Positions 38,701 through 51,487 of a stretch of 64,000 bases of DNA are shown here, one piece after another. The notes under the pieces are model-generated. The model searched no databases. It was not told the origin of the DNA and saw only the letters and a program-made list of their open reading frames with translations. Each line of letters begins with the position of its first letter. Within the stretch, counting starts at the first letter, position 1. The DNA comes from Vicugna vicugna (lineage: Eukaryota), in NCBI GenBank assembly GCA_013265495.1, contig MU061579.1, positions 3,851,749 through 3,915,748 of the forward strand, given 5' to 3'. The translations under genes and the position numbers were made by a program.

Positions 38701-39129
38701 AAGAATGGGGAAAAGGCCGCTTTAATGTGTTCCCATCAGAAAGGATGATGGTACAATGTTCCTAGATGCTGTGAAAGTGAGGAATTTTTAAGAATAAGAC
38801 ACATGTGACCACTGCAAAGATGAAAAAGCAAGTACCCCTCGCCCCTTCAAAACCTGACTATTAATACTATTAATACAATACCCTTGGTCTATGGAAAGAT
38901 AGATGTTTTAAGATTGAGATGGTTTAAGAGTATAACACTGGAAATTTCATAAGGCCTTTTCTCTTGGACTTCTAAATATAATGTAAAGGGACACTGTAAT
39001 TTCTAACTGGGGAGTCATTAAGTTTTCCTTGCAGTTGCTTTCTTTCTACAAGAGCAGTACCATACTTCTTTCATGACTAATGTTGTTACTATATTAATAT
39101 CTATAAGTTCAGGTTTGCATTTTTTCTTT

Positions 39130-40310
39130 TTCAAAGTATAGTTGTTTACATTGACCTCCAAGATGTAGCAGTATGTTGGTTTTTTCTTCTATCTTCTCAG
39201 TCTCTTTAGCATGGTTCTTCAACTGCACCTTAAATTTCAGAATTTCTTCTATCTGCAACTCACCTCTCTTATCACTTCATACACTTGGCCGAGGTAATCT
39301 CACATGTTAACATTACAATCAACATACTAATGACTTTTTGATCTATATCCTCAGGCTATTTCTCTCACCTGAGCTCCAGTCGTAAATAGCCAAATGAAAA
39401 TACAGCTTGAAATTCCAATAAAACCCTAACACTCAACTTCATTATTCTCTCTCATACTTATTTCTTCTCTGGTGTTCTCTATGTCATTTAACAGCCTCAC
39501 TGTGTACACAGGTCATTCAGGAAACCCTGGATACATCGTGCGTTGATTCTTCCCATTCCCATATCCCACACATCAAATCAACCACCAAGTCAAGATAAAT
39601 CTTCCATAATTCTATCTACATTTCACAGTTCTGTCTCCCATTAACCTAGGAAAACACCAGCAACTATATTTTTTGACGTTAGAGTAGTGTAATAACTAAA
39701 TTGCCTGCCTTGATGCCAATTCACTCGTCACTGTGCATCACAAATCACTCACTTAATTTAATCTTATTGTTCTGTTCACTGTAGTAGCTCAATGCCTTGA
39801 TAGCTCCCAGTTCTCTTAGGAGAAAAGAAAATGTCTTCATATGCCTTGCGAATCCCTGCCTGACCTGCCTGTTAATCTATTGTTATTTCTGTGCTTATAT
39901 TCCACACTCCAGACATAATGATCTACTTTCGATTTCCCTGAGAATCATTCATTCCTTTGACCTGGCCTTTGTTATGCTGCTCTCTTTACCTAGAGCACTT
40001 TCAGTTTCTTTATCTCACTCTTACTTTTATAAAATCTCTGGATAAGGGGATACCTCTTCCAAGTCACTGGCACCCTACACAGACTAAAGTAGGTGTATCT
40101 TCTATCCCTTTATTTCCCATGGCATTCTAGATTTCTACTTTTACATTTATCACGATTTGTTGAAGATTCTTGTGTTTTTTAGCCATCTCATCCATTGGAT
40201 TTCAATTTTAGTGAGGGAAAAGTGTTTGAATGTTTGCATTAATATCTCCAGCACCTATGATAGGTCTTGATAGACCTCTAGTATATGTCCAGTGAATGTT
40301 CAATGAATAC
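39130..40310 (+). mobile_element. L2 fragment including 3' end
   Basis: ctctcacctgagctccag..atcaaatcaaccaccaagtc..ctccagacataatg..atctccagcacct..gaatgttcaatgaat. Confidence 0.82.
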
Positions 40311-41449
40311 AAATACAAATATATGTGTCTTTTTTCTTTGAAATGTATTTTAATCTAGTAGAGTACTTTCTTATGTACTGAAGCATAGAAACACTGTCTT
40401 TAAAAATGAAAGAATTAGCCTACAGTTCTTTACAGGAGTTACTCCCTCTGGTTATCTTATTCTGTCTGAAGCAATCCAATAGAAATATATAAATGGCCTG
40501 AAAACATGTAGTATTCCTCCATCTTTATAAAAGGAGGAGAAAGGAGTGCAAAAAAAGCTCAGACAGATTAAATGAAATAATTTGGGGAGAACTACGTATT
40601 TTGATGGTACAAAAGCAAATACCTGCAAAACATAAGATGCAAATAAGAAAACTAACAAATTTAGTTTCATTCAGGTATTTAAAAAATGTAATCTAATTAT
40701 CTTTGAACTATCTCTTATTCTAAGAGTCTTACAGATAAGCAAATACATTTACATTCAATTTGCCATGATTTTAACAATCATAATATTACCTTATTTAATA
40801 TTTAGAATAATTATATGAAACAGAAGGCTATTAGAACTATTATATGCCTAACAAAATTAAAATGTAAAGAAAAATCTTGATACAAACCATGAAGGCAGTA
40901 CACACGAGGTAAAATTAATATCCAGATCCACAGGTCTTAACTTCATTCTAAATTACAACAAGCTACATCAACAAAAGGTTAATTAGAATGTACTAGATTT
41001 CCAACTAGCCCTAGGCACTGGATTAGACAATTATCCAGTTCTCTACATGGATCATTCATACATCAAAGTCCAAATTTTTTATGTATAATATATATATTTT
41101 CTATTCCATTTAATGCAGAGTATCAGACTGTTTTGATATTCTAGGTTAACCAACTTCTATTAAGACGTCTTTGTCACACAGATATGGGATAAAAGCCAGA
41201 GCAGTCAGGGAAGAGAATGAACTTCCGGCATTCTTCAGGAACCATATAATGTCCATATCCTCACAAGGAGGTTTCTCCACAATGAATATCGCCCTTCTCC
41301 ATCCCATTTTCAATGCCATAATCAAAGCATTTTTGTAAAATTCAAATAAAATTATGCATACTCCAGTTCAGGAAATGTAAATGGTCTTTCACAGTTATGA
41401 TAGCTTTCAATGTTGCTTATCTTACATGGATTTTCCCTTTCTTCTATGT

Positions 41450-41663
41450 CAATAATTTCAACTGAGGTTGATTTTGCCCTCTGGGGGACATCTGGCAATA
41501 TATGGAGACATTTTTAGTTTTCACAAATCGGGGAGAAGGTGCAACTGTCACCTAGTGGGTATAAGCCAGGTATGTTGCTAAACATTCTCAAGGCATAGGA
41601 CAGTTCCTCATCAAAAAATTATCTGGCCCAAAATGCCAACAGTGTCCAGGTTGTGAAACCTTG
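41450..41663 (+). mobile_element. MER20 hAT-Charlie DNA transposon
   Basis: gattttgccctctgggggacatctggcaatatatggagacattttt..aattatctggcccaaaatgccaacagtg..ggttgtgaaaccttg. Confidence 0.92.
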
Positions 41664-41844
41664 CTCTAGGCTGACAATATGTTGATTCATTTATATAGCT
41701 TATGTGCCTAGTCACAAGATAAAATCCAAATTCATTGAAATTAGCATACAAAATCTTTAATACTTTAATCTCTGCTGTATCTTAGTGTTATTTCTTGTCA
41801 CTCTAACTCCTCGTTTTGGATTACTTACCACTTGAAAAATCATA

Positions 41845-42175
41845 TATGAATCAGTCAAGGTTAAGATAAGCTGTGCCACAATGAGAAAAACCACTAAAAT
41901 ATCAGCAGTGTTAAGACTCAGGCAGTTGGAGGCTCTACCACCTCAAGGAGCTTCCATCCCAAATTGAGTCTTCAAGTTTTACTGAATCATGGTAAGATAA
42001 TGCAACAGTGCATCCTGGCCCTTAACTGCTCTGTGCATGGGTAAAACCATGTTACCTTTCCTCACATTGGCCACATCCACTTGGCTAAACAAATCACATG
42101 ACCTTATCTAACTTCAAAAGTCTTTTCCTTGTAAGAAAAGGAAAGCTAGACCACTTAGTGAGCACTACTATTGTT
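41845..42175 (-). mobile_element. Old MaLR LTR fragment (MLT1I/J-like)
   Basis: agtcaaggttaagataagctgtgcc..ttggctaaacaaatcacatgaccttatctaacttcaa. Confidence 0.6.
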
Positions 42176-43089
42176 TACTCCTGTACTTCTCCTTATTTCC
42201 AGGGCTAACTTATTCTTAACATTAAGTTTAATTTATGCATCATTTCCTAGATAGTCTTCTTGATGCTTTTTCTTTCAAGACTTGTTTAGGTGACTTTCCT
42301 TGGCTTTCTTATCCCATCTTGTACATAAAGTTTACAGCATTTAATCCTTATTATTATGAAAGTCTGTTCACTAGCTTGCCTTTTCTAGATTATTGGCTCT
42401 TGATGGTAGGGAAAGTAACTTATTAATTGTTATATTCACAAAATATTTTATACATGAACTAATTAAATGTTTCCTTACACAAATAAAACAACCAATTAGC
42501 CAAACTGTACAACAGAAGATAAAGGATCATTTATTTTTCTATCAAACATGAGCCTCTTGCCTCTCCAGGTAACCAATAATTCATGGACTTAAAGCTCTGT
42601 TCATATTTCCTTCTTGTTCCAGTATGAAGAACTGTGTCTCAGATCATAGCAAATGAGTTCACAGTGTCATAAAATATAACACAAGAGCATGGTAAAAATT
42701 GTATTGGATAAATTATATCAATTTTAGGGTACCCAGGGCAATAGTTTTACTTTTTTAAAAAATGTCATTACTAAGTAAAGATAAGAGACATTGTTGAGGA
42801 TAGCCAAATTCTTGTTCAACCTGGATTGCCTTCAAGCAACTCAAGAGCCTTCATTTTTAACTACAAACAGCTTTCAGCATGCCCTGAAGAAAAAAAAAAA
42901 AATCAGGAAAACTATAGTGAATCTAATGGGTCCCAAAGAAACCTAAAACTGAGGAAAACTGAATTTTCTCCCTCTTGCAGATACAGCTTTTCTCATATTC
43001 ACTGTGCAAAATACATACTTCATCACTGTTGCAGAAGAAAACTGAGTTTCTGCATAAATTGAGACTCTCCACTGAATAAACATTGTTGT

Positions 43090-43345
43090 ATGATTCAGTT
43101 CAGAGGAAAGGTCACTGGACTGAGACTTAAGAGACTAAAGTTCCTTCCCCAATCTTGCTAGGTTTAGTCAGGTCACTCTGATTAAGTAACTAAGACTTTC
43201 CAGAGCCTTTATTTTTTTCAGTCATAAAGGTGGATTTATGTAGTAATAACTGGCTTACTTCAGTTACTAACAAAAAGTAAAGCTGTCTGAATTAGAGTAT
43301 ATTATCAACTTTAAAAAAATGGATATAAAAGTTTATTATTACTAT
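43090..43345 (+). mobile_element. MIR-family SINE
   Basis: gaaaggtcactggactgagacttaagagactaaagttc..aagtaactaagactttccagagcctt. Confidence 0.6.
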
Positions 43346-44913
43346 TGATATAGCGTAATTGTTAAAATAGGTCTTCAATCTTACAAGAGAAAGTTTTTTA
43401 GCTTCCAAAATCTTTTACTCTTTGAAAAACAGGCATTTTATATGTTTGCTAGAAAAATTAAACAAGTATTTACAACTTGGGGAATAATATATATTCAGTA
43501 AATGATAGATTTTTAAAAATGTATAATTCCCTAAAAATACAGCACAATAATACATTTTCAAAAAAAATAAGTGTTTTACATATATATATACATATAAATG
43601 TGTGTAGAGAAGTAGATTAAAGCAGAGTTAATATTTTCCATGAAATATGAAAGGCAAGATGATTTAGCTTTATATGTGGAAATTCAGAACACCTTCTCTA
43701 GAAAAGGGAGAGCAAGACTTCTGTAGCTCTGAAATACTATCCTACCATTTAAAAAGAATCAAAGATAAATATGGATTTAATTTGAACTGAATATAGGGAT
43801 ATAAACTGTATAATCACTATGCAATTTTTAAATGGAAGGTCAGAAGGAACTATTAGGAAAAGAAGGAAACATAAAAAAACAAGAGCAACAAAGAGAAACA
43901 GCACTGATGAAATGAGAATCTGAAACTGCGAGCCCTAATTCTTACTTTAAAGATCAGAAATGAATAGTAACACCTGTTCCATGTCTACTGTAGGAAGCAG
44001 TATTACATGGTGATTTTAAGAGTGGGGACTATGGAACCCAGCTCTAGCATCAAACAGAACTACGCCTAGTACATAATAGGGACTCCAAAAATACTAGCTA
44101 ATACTACTATCCATATCTCTGTCTTATGATTTAAAAAATCCTGATTAGCCTACAAACAAACAAAAAAGAGATCTCCACTGTTTACTCTCAAGCCCCAGGT
44201 TTCCATCCTCAGGAATGGCAGGATGAGGCAACAGAGATAAAAAGATCAGTGGATCTGTTTGCTTTCCAAGCCTGATGGGCTTGCATGGGAGGCAGAGTTT
44301 GGTATAGGATTTCAAAATCTTGTCATTAAATACAGTGGTGGTTCAAAAGTATTCCAGGTTCCCTATGATTGAAACTACTCAGTAAATATTAAACAATCAA
44401 TAATGTTTGTTCACTTCCTCTCTTCTTTCTCTCCCCCATGGACAAAAGGCAGGGGTTTGTTGAAGCCTGCTCTCAGAAACCCACTGACCTGAGTCCTCTC
44501 TTCATTTTGGAAGGTTTCACCCACTGTGATGTGTCAAAAAGATGAACATCCTACAGAAATGAATGTATGAATCCAGTCTTCTCTTACTACAGTCCATGTA
44601 TCAACTACTGTTTTTCACCCTGGGATTTCTCTGTATTAGCCTTTTTGTCCTTTACTTTCCATACACAGATATCAAGCTGGAATTTACCACCTCATACGAT
44701 TCATAATAACTTAGATATACTTTGAGGGAAATCAAAAGTAGGAAAAATAGGATCATGGATTATTTGTTAATTTGTATCATTTATAATAAAATATAAAAGG
44801 GAAAATTGTTTTTCCTTTACTGTTCCATATTAATTTCAAAGTATAATTTGGTGAATTACATATCCAATGAAATTTGTATTTTATTCATTACCTTTCTGAA
44901 AGTAAAACCAGAT

Positions 44914-45150
44914 CAAAGTTGGCAAGTTTTTTTTCTATTGGATCAGACAGGAAATATTATAAGCTTTGTTGGCCACATGTAATTTTTGTTGCATTTGTAT
45001 TATTCTTTATTTCATTTTTGTTTGTTTGTTTTGTTCTGTTTTGTTTTGCAAACACTTTAAAAGTGTTAAGAAACATTCTTACCAAGTAGGCCATAGGAAA
45101 AACAGGAGGATGCTGAATGTGGCCCTCAGGCCATACACTGCTGATTCCTC
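44914..45150 (+). mobile_element. MER58-like hAT-Charlie MITE
   Basis: gttggcaagttttttt..cagacaggaaatattataagctttgttggccaca..tggccctcaggccatacactgctgattcct. Confidence 0.8.
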
Positions 45151-45324
45151 AATGAGACATCATATGCACTTTAAAATAAGAATGCTGAGGGTGACGATGT
45201 AGAGGAAGTGTCTTTTCTTACTGTCCTTTTGATACTGAAAACAATCACTGCAAAAAAATGAGAACTTTTAACATTTTTCTGCCATTGAAAATACATAATA
45301 ACCATACTTAAATTATACACACAC

Positions 45325-45713
45325 TGAGGTGCGCAGCCTCTAAGATGGCTCCCGATAATCTCTGCTTACTGCCGCTCAAATTCATGGGTAGTCCCCTCTC
45401 CTTGAATGTGGACTGGACCTACTGACTCACCTCCAAAGAACAGAATATCACAGAAGAGATGGTAGGTATGTCAATTCTGAAATTAGGTTATAAAAAGACT
45501 GTTTTTCCATTATGGGCATCCTTTCTTGTTTTCTCTCTCAGCTCACTTGACCTGGGAGAAACTAGCTACCGTGTTGTGAACAGTTCTAAAGAGAACTGTG
45601 GTAAGGGACTGTCTCCAGCTGACAGTTACCAAGAACTTGAGCCTCATCAGGATACAGAGAGTCAGCTTGGCAGGGGAGCCTCTCCCAGTCCAGCCTTGAG
45701 GTGACCGCTGCTC
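45325..45713 (+). mobile_element. MaLR LTR, MLT1F-like, 3' part missing
   Basis: cagcctctaagatggctccc..ccttgaatgtggactggacct..aggttataaaaagact..cagccttgaggtgaccgc. Confidence 0.85.
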
Positions 45714-45910
45714 TGTGGTGGTAAATTTTATGTGTCAACTTGGCTGGGCCATGGTACACATATATGTAATCAAACATTACTCTGGATGTTTCCGGGAAGG
45801 TGGGATATTTTGGATGAGAGTAACACTTAACTTTGGTGGACTTCTGCAAAGCAGATTACTCCTGACAATGTGAGTGAGCGTCATGGAATCACATGAAGGC
45901 CTTAATAGAA
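45714..45910 (+). mobile_element. ERVL LTR MLT2 (B/D-like), 5' half
   Basis: tgtggtggtaaattttatgtgtcaacttggctgggcca..tcaaacattactctggatgttt..tgaaggccttaataga. Confidence 0.9.
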
Positions 45911-46679
45911 GGCTGTTCTCTGGGAGCAACAGAGAAGGGTTCACTGGAAAAGGGGAGCCCTATGGGTACAAAGAGTAGAGCATTTGTTGTGAAGTTTAGT
46001 CCAAAATTTTTCCCTTTTGACTACTATACACTTAGACAATTTTTTGGTCACTTTAATGTATCTTGTGTGCGTGTGTGTGTATATAAATACACACACACAG
46101 ATATATTTGTTTGTCATCTATCAGTACACATTTATAAAGGCAGGAGAATTTCTGGGGCTGTTCTCTGCAGCCAAATACACAGGGTCATTGGTTTAACACA
46201 GCTAAAGGAAAGGAAATGAAGCAATTTCCCACGTAATTCTCTCACCATCTTCAACAACTACTGAAAAAGATCCAATGGTTTACCTGGCTCCTAATGAATA
46301 ATCAGGTGAATCTTCTTGGGAACTGGAATTAAATCTACCTCAAGAGAAGGAGAGTACAGAGTAATCTCCGCCTAATCTAGAGACTACAGTGGAATTCCTC
46401 TGACCCTGAAGGAAACCTGAAAATAGCTAAAATTGACAATGGTCTCTGACAACAATTTATATGTAACTGTGTACCTCAAAGTAGAAATGGAAATGGGCTG
46501 TAACATAGACCAAGCTCCCCAGTGCTTCAGGGATATGTCTGCAAAATCTTTAGTAACATAATGTAATGGAGCAGAAGCTTGAGCCACCAAAATGAGTTAG
46601 CTATGGATTAGGGTCCATGTGGGATCAATAGAGGCAAACATACAATTATTAGAGGATAAAACACACAAGAAAAGGTAGA

Positions 46680-47115
46680 ACAAAGCAAAACAAAAGCTCC
46701 TCCTCAAGATGAGCCTTTATATCAAAATTCCAAACCCCATGATGGAAAACAAAGTTTAAAAGAAACTGTAAACATGAAGCAGATTACTTTGCTCTAAATG
46801 AAAAGGAAAACAGAGCATTCTAAAACGGCATTACAGTAGTATAAAGAGAAAAAAGGAATAATATTTACAGAGGAGAACAGGAAATTAGAAAGCAAGTAGA
46901 GGCAGAAATTATATTAGTACAGATGGATATAAAAATAATTAATTAGAAAACTTTCAAATGAAAAACTTAGTCTCTAAGCATATAAAATTCAACAGGTGTT
47001 TATAAACTCTGGATGGAAGAATTGATGAATTAAGATACAGCTCTTAGAGATGTAACTAAATATGGCACAGAGAGCCAAAAATAATGTATATATAAAAAGC
47101 AATGTATTGAGGGAA
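46680..47115 (+). mobile_element. Old L1/HAL1 ORF1-region remnant
   Basis: A-rich; aaaattcaacagg..gaagaattgatgaattaagatacagctct..gcacagaga resembles the ORF1 coiled-coil region. Confidence 0.5.
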
Positions 47116-47177
47116 AATCCTTATGTCTGATATTTTTTCCCATAAATGGTTAGAAGAGCCCATGGACAGTTACTTCT

Positions 47178-48646
47178 TTTTTGTTTTTAAGTGAAATTGG
47201 ATTTATTTGGGGAGATACACCTTCCATAGACAGAGTGTGGGTTGTCTGAGAACAGCTCCAGGAGACACATATTCCATAGACAGAACACAGACCATCTCAG
47301 GCCAGCGAGGCGTCTTTGTCCGTCTGTCATGCATGCCTAGGAGTTGTGTAGAGATTATATAACTGATACATTTGGGAAGAATAACTGAGCATTCTCTGCT
47401 GAGCTTGGCCCCTCTTTCCCTTGGGGATCAGATGTTTCAGGAAGTCAGAAGTCTCCTGTTTCTTTAAAGGCTAGCTCACTTCCTGTCATAAAAACAATCT
47501 TGCCTTAAGGTCAACACTTGCAGGTCCAGATGGGGAAGTGTGTTTAATTCTGCAGTTAAGTATTTGCAGATCCACTTGATTAACATACCCGGTCATGTCC
47601 TCCAGCCTGGCTAAAATCAATAATAGAGGAGTTCTATGGTTACCATGAGCCATTCTTGTTTTATGTTTCAAATATTTCAGAACTGAAGCAGGGAAAATGG
47701 GTGCTACTTAAGAGAAACCTGCTAGAAATCCCAATACTTGCACGGATATTATGCATATGTGTATTTAGATTGTGTTTCTTTTTTTCTCTGCTTCTCCACT
47801 TGACATTTCCCTTCATGAGTAAGTCTGTGCAGCGGGCTGGACGTGTTGGACTTTCGGTGGGCTGGAATAGCATATGTCAGACCGTTTCTGGTAGCTGTGT
47901 CCATTTTTCCTGAGAACCATAAGGACAGACCTGTCAGTAGTTTGATTATTCTTCCTGTTTGACAAGTAAGACAAAGTTTTGGGTACTACAGGATCATCAC
48001 TGTTTGGATCGTATAAACCCCATCACCTTCTGTTAGAAAGGATTCAGTGGAGTCCTTTATTTCTCCGTGTTTGACAAATGGAATTTTCTATGAAAGGTAC
48101 ATGGGTTTTTTATAGTCTCTGAGTCTTACTCTCTTCATGTATTAAAACAAATTCAGAGTAAGCAATGGGTATTCAAGCAAAAGAAAATAATTCATTGAAC
48201 TATGAACACAGCAGGGATTCCCCAAAGACAGCACCCCTTATTGTGTGCTCTGAGATTTTGTATTCATATACCAGCCTAAGCACAGTAGAATGGATGAGTC
48301 TGGCCCATGCTGCCAGCCGGACAATGGCTCTGTATCCCTAAAATATCTTCACAAATAAAAGCCTTCTTATATAAGGAAACCCACATGAGATGGATATTTA
48401 GCACAATCATAGATATATCAGCTTTTGATATATACGCCATCTACATGATGCCCTCTATGTTCTCCAAGGCATCTGTCAGCTTCTCTCACTTATCTGGGCC
48501 AGCCTGCTTACATTCTATAAGCAAATCTCACATCCCAACTCTACTTACCCACAGCTTAAAAATCAGTTTGTCCTCAGTTAGGCAGCAGACCTCTTAAAGC
48601 TTAACACTAAACCTCAAACTTACTTAGCTTTCTCCCTAGTTTGTAC
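47178..48646 (-). pseudogene. Putative L1-mediated retrocopy of an unidentified non-coding transcript/3' UTR containing LTR-derived segments
   Basis: Flanking direct repeats tggacagtt(ac/gg)ttct at 47163-47177 and 48647-48661. T-tract at 47177-47188. AATAAA on minus at 47202-47207. Confidence 0.65.
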
Positions 48647-49282
48647 TGGACAGTTGGTTCTGATATGCAGCTGTCATTCTAATTGTATCTTTGGTCCCAG
48701 ACCAGGTTTGCAAGGAAGAAAATGTAGCTATCTGTGTCAACCACAGAAAGCTGTTGAGCTTGCTCTGAAATATGTGCTGTCGTTAAGGCAAAGCCTTAAT
48801 GTATAAACTAATTAATGTGAGAGTTATGGAAATGGAGATAAAATCACCTACAGACTTGTCATGAACATTTTGGTTTTCATTCACTGTCTCTTTAGTAAGT
48901 TTAACTGATGGAACTCCACAATGTCAGGTGCTCGGCTTCATCATATGGTTTTCTTTTTGTCTGCTCCAAAATGGATAATAGGAAATGATGATACAATCAG
49001 GGGGAAAGCATAGGTAATGGCAACTTAAAGCTAAAGGGTAAGTATAATAGAACAACTCTGGAATTTAAGTTAAACAACCTAGATGCAAGATATATATAGC
49101 TCTCAACACAAGAATGCATGTCCCTAGTCTAAGGCAAAGTTAAGGAAAAGGTTTACAGCAATCTACTTACTATGTTCTATCTTATCTTTCCGTTTTCTAT
49201 GATTAATGTATGAACTCAGAACTCACTTTCTTGAGTACAGAGCAGAAGCTAACTAAGTATAGTTTATTAATTCACTCAGGTA

Positions 49283-49476
49283 TTCTCTATGTATTTCTCT
49301 GTCCAAATTTTCCAATTATAAGGATATGAGCCTTACTGGATTTAGGGACCATCTTAACATACTCATGGCCTCATCTTAACTTGATTCCATCTGCAAAGAC
49401 ATCATTTCTATATAATACCACATTCACAGGTTCTGGGTAGGTATGAATTTTCACAAGACATTTTTTAAACCTAGTA
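49283..49476 (-). mobile_element. MaLR LTR fragment (MLT1A/B-like)
   Basis: ttataagga..ctggatttagggacc..cctcatcttaacttgattccatctgcaaagac..cacattcacaggttctggg. Confidence 0.8.
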
Positions 49477-50029
49477 TGAGTGGTACACAAAAACATTCGG
49501 AACTATGAGAAGTGCAAATGACCACCTTTAAATCATTTTGACTTACTCTTGTACCTCCTGAACAGGTATGAACGTAAAGGATGGACATTTTTTGAACTTC
49601 AGCACAATGTCTTTGAACCAGTATCTAACTCCCACAGTGTGATTTTGAGAATCCTCATCAAAATTAGCACAAGCAGGAGGATGCACTTTTACAAGGCTTC
49701 ATAAATGACACTGCTGATGGGAGAAAGGCAAAAGAAGGGAAAATCGCTGATGTCCCATGGTGGCCAAGAATACCTATGTCTGAATTACTCTTAGAAGCTT
49801 TCAGAAGTTGTTGAGAAGATTCTGAGATAGAGTGAAGTATGGGGAGGGGGCTATATGTTCATCAATAGAAAGTGGGTAGAGTAAGGTGATGATAGAAAAA
49901 TATGTTACAATAGATGAAAAATATATTTCCAAAGAAGGAGGAGAAAAAGGACTTTCCTCCAAAAGTCCTTTTTTTACAACCAAACAAAAAGGAAAACAAA
50001 ACCCTAGACCTAACACAACAAACAAGGAC

Positions 50030-51100
50030 ACTGAAAAGCAGAAAGAGGAAGGTACACTGTGCATTGCCTAGAGTTCTCCCTACTTGGGGAACCGCATAAC
50101 AGTGAATTCCCTGGATTTTGTTATCCTCTCTTATAGCCTGGACAGAGAGCTCTAGAAGATTCTAACCCAGAACTGTTATCTGGCACAGACAAAGAAAAGC
50201 TTCAAGAAAGGCTGTTGCCTCTAGCCAAAAGACCTGGAAGAGGGTGGCCTCACAACAGAAACCCTTTTTGGCAAGACCTGTCCTACTTCAGCCAAACACA
50301 GATGGAAAAACTGCCATGTCCTACCCTAGCAGTTGTAGCAGGGCTGAGAAGAGAGCTGATTTTCTACTTTCCCTACCCACCTTGCATGGAAGCAGGCAAC
50401 GGCTTTTCTGATTTTCTAAAAACAGACCCCTTTTCCCTCCCCCTGCCAAAAAAGGAAACCCCACAAAAATTAACAGTATTTAGAACCTGGGGGACAATAA
50501 TAAATGAAATACGTTTGTATCAACGGACTCCCACACTGAAAGAAGAGACAGAGTGAGACTAAAAGAGTACTTAAAGAAATGATGTCTGAAAACTTTCCAA
50601 ACTTGTGGAAGGACAAAATCTACAGATTAAAGAAACCAAACAAACCTCCAAAAGGATAAACTCAAATAAATTCATACTCAAAAACATAATTAAACTTAAA
50701 AAAATTAAAGACAAACAAAATGTCTTGAAAGCAACCAGAGAGAAATGCTGCATTAATTATAGTGGAACATCAGTCAGAATGATGGCAGATTTCTCATCTT
50801 CCAGAAGGAAGTAGCAAAATGTTTTTCAAGTAGTGAAAGAAAAGAACTGTCAACTGTGAATTCTGTAGAAATATTCCTGAATTCCTAAAAATATTCTTCA
50901 AGAATGGAGAGGAAGTAAAGTAATTGTCAAAGGAAAACTAAGAGAATTTATTGTAGTAAATCTACCTTTAAAAAATAGCTAAGTAAAATTCTCTAAACAG
51001 ATAGGAAATGATAAGGGAAGAGAACCTGAAACTTCAGAAAGGAAAGAAGAATATTGGAATGGGTAAAAAATAAGATCAAATATAATAAATTAAAAGAGCA
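50030..51100 (+). mobile_element. Old L1M 5' region: 5' UTR piece joined to ORF1 C-terminal half (internally deleted)
   Basis: ORF 50605-50814 NLQIKE..KRINS..IIKLKKIKDKQNVLKATREK..GTSVRMMADFSS matches L1 ORF1p RRM/CTD; preceded by EMMSENFPNL. Confidence 0.85.
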
Positions 51101-51487
51101 ATGGCCTTATAAATGCCATATTCTTATTGCTAGTGCAAAATATGTATTTCTCCATAATATCAGTATACTATATATGTGTGTGTAATTCTGGTTGCTGATT
51201 ATAGTACATTTAGGCAAATAAAAACATAATCCAAACAATCTAGGTTTCATGTAAAAATTCAACACAATTAACCCCATTTATCTGTATATAATTTTTCTAA
51301 TTTTCCAAACCTTTAGAACACAGGCCCAAATAAGAACTGAATGCAAAGACTTTGAACATTGCAAATAGCTTTTCATATTCTTTGCTTTATATTGAAATCC
51401 TTACCATTTCACATACGAAATTTTTAATAGACTCCTATTTGAATTGTCTTACCAAACTCCATCACCCTGGTTTTAAATATCCCAGCA

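Larger units (their letters stand above)
41280..42470 (+). mobile_element. L2 fragment split by MER20 and MaLR insertions
   Basis: ataaaatccaaattcattgaaattagcatacaaaatc; ctagattattggctcttgatggtaggg. Confidence 0.6.

Noticed and set aside
48927..48950. gtgctcggcttc.. resembling the U6 snRNA 5' end
   Set aside because: Similarity is limited to ~10 nt and does not continue.
49530..49815. Exon-like stretch after a cctcctgaacag acceptor
   Set aside because: Stops in all frames, no matching donor and no recognisable peptide.
50215..50814. 113-aa and 69-aa ORFs as a possible host gene
   Set aside because: They lie in a decayed L1 5' UTR/ORF1 with stops and frameshifts.
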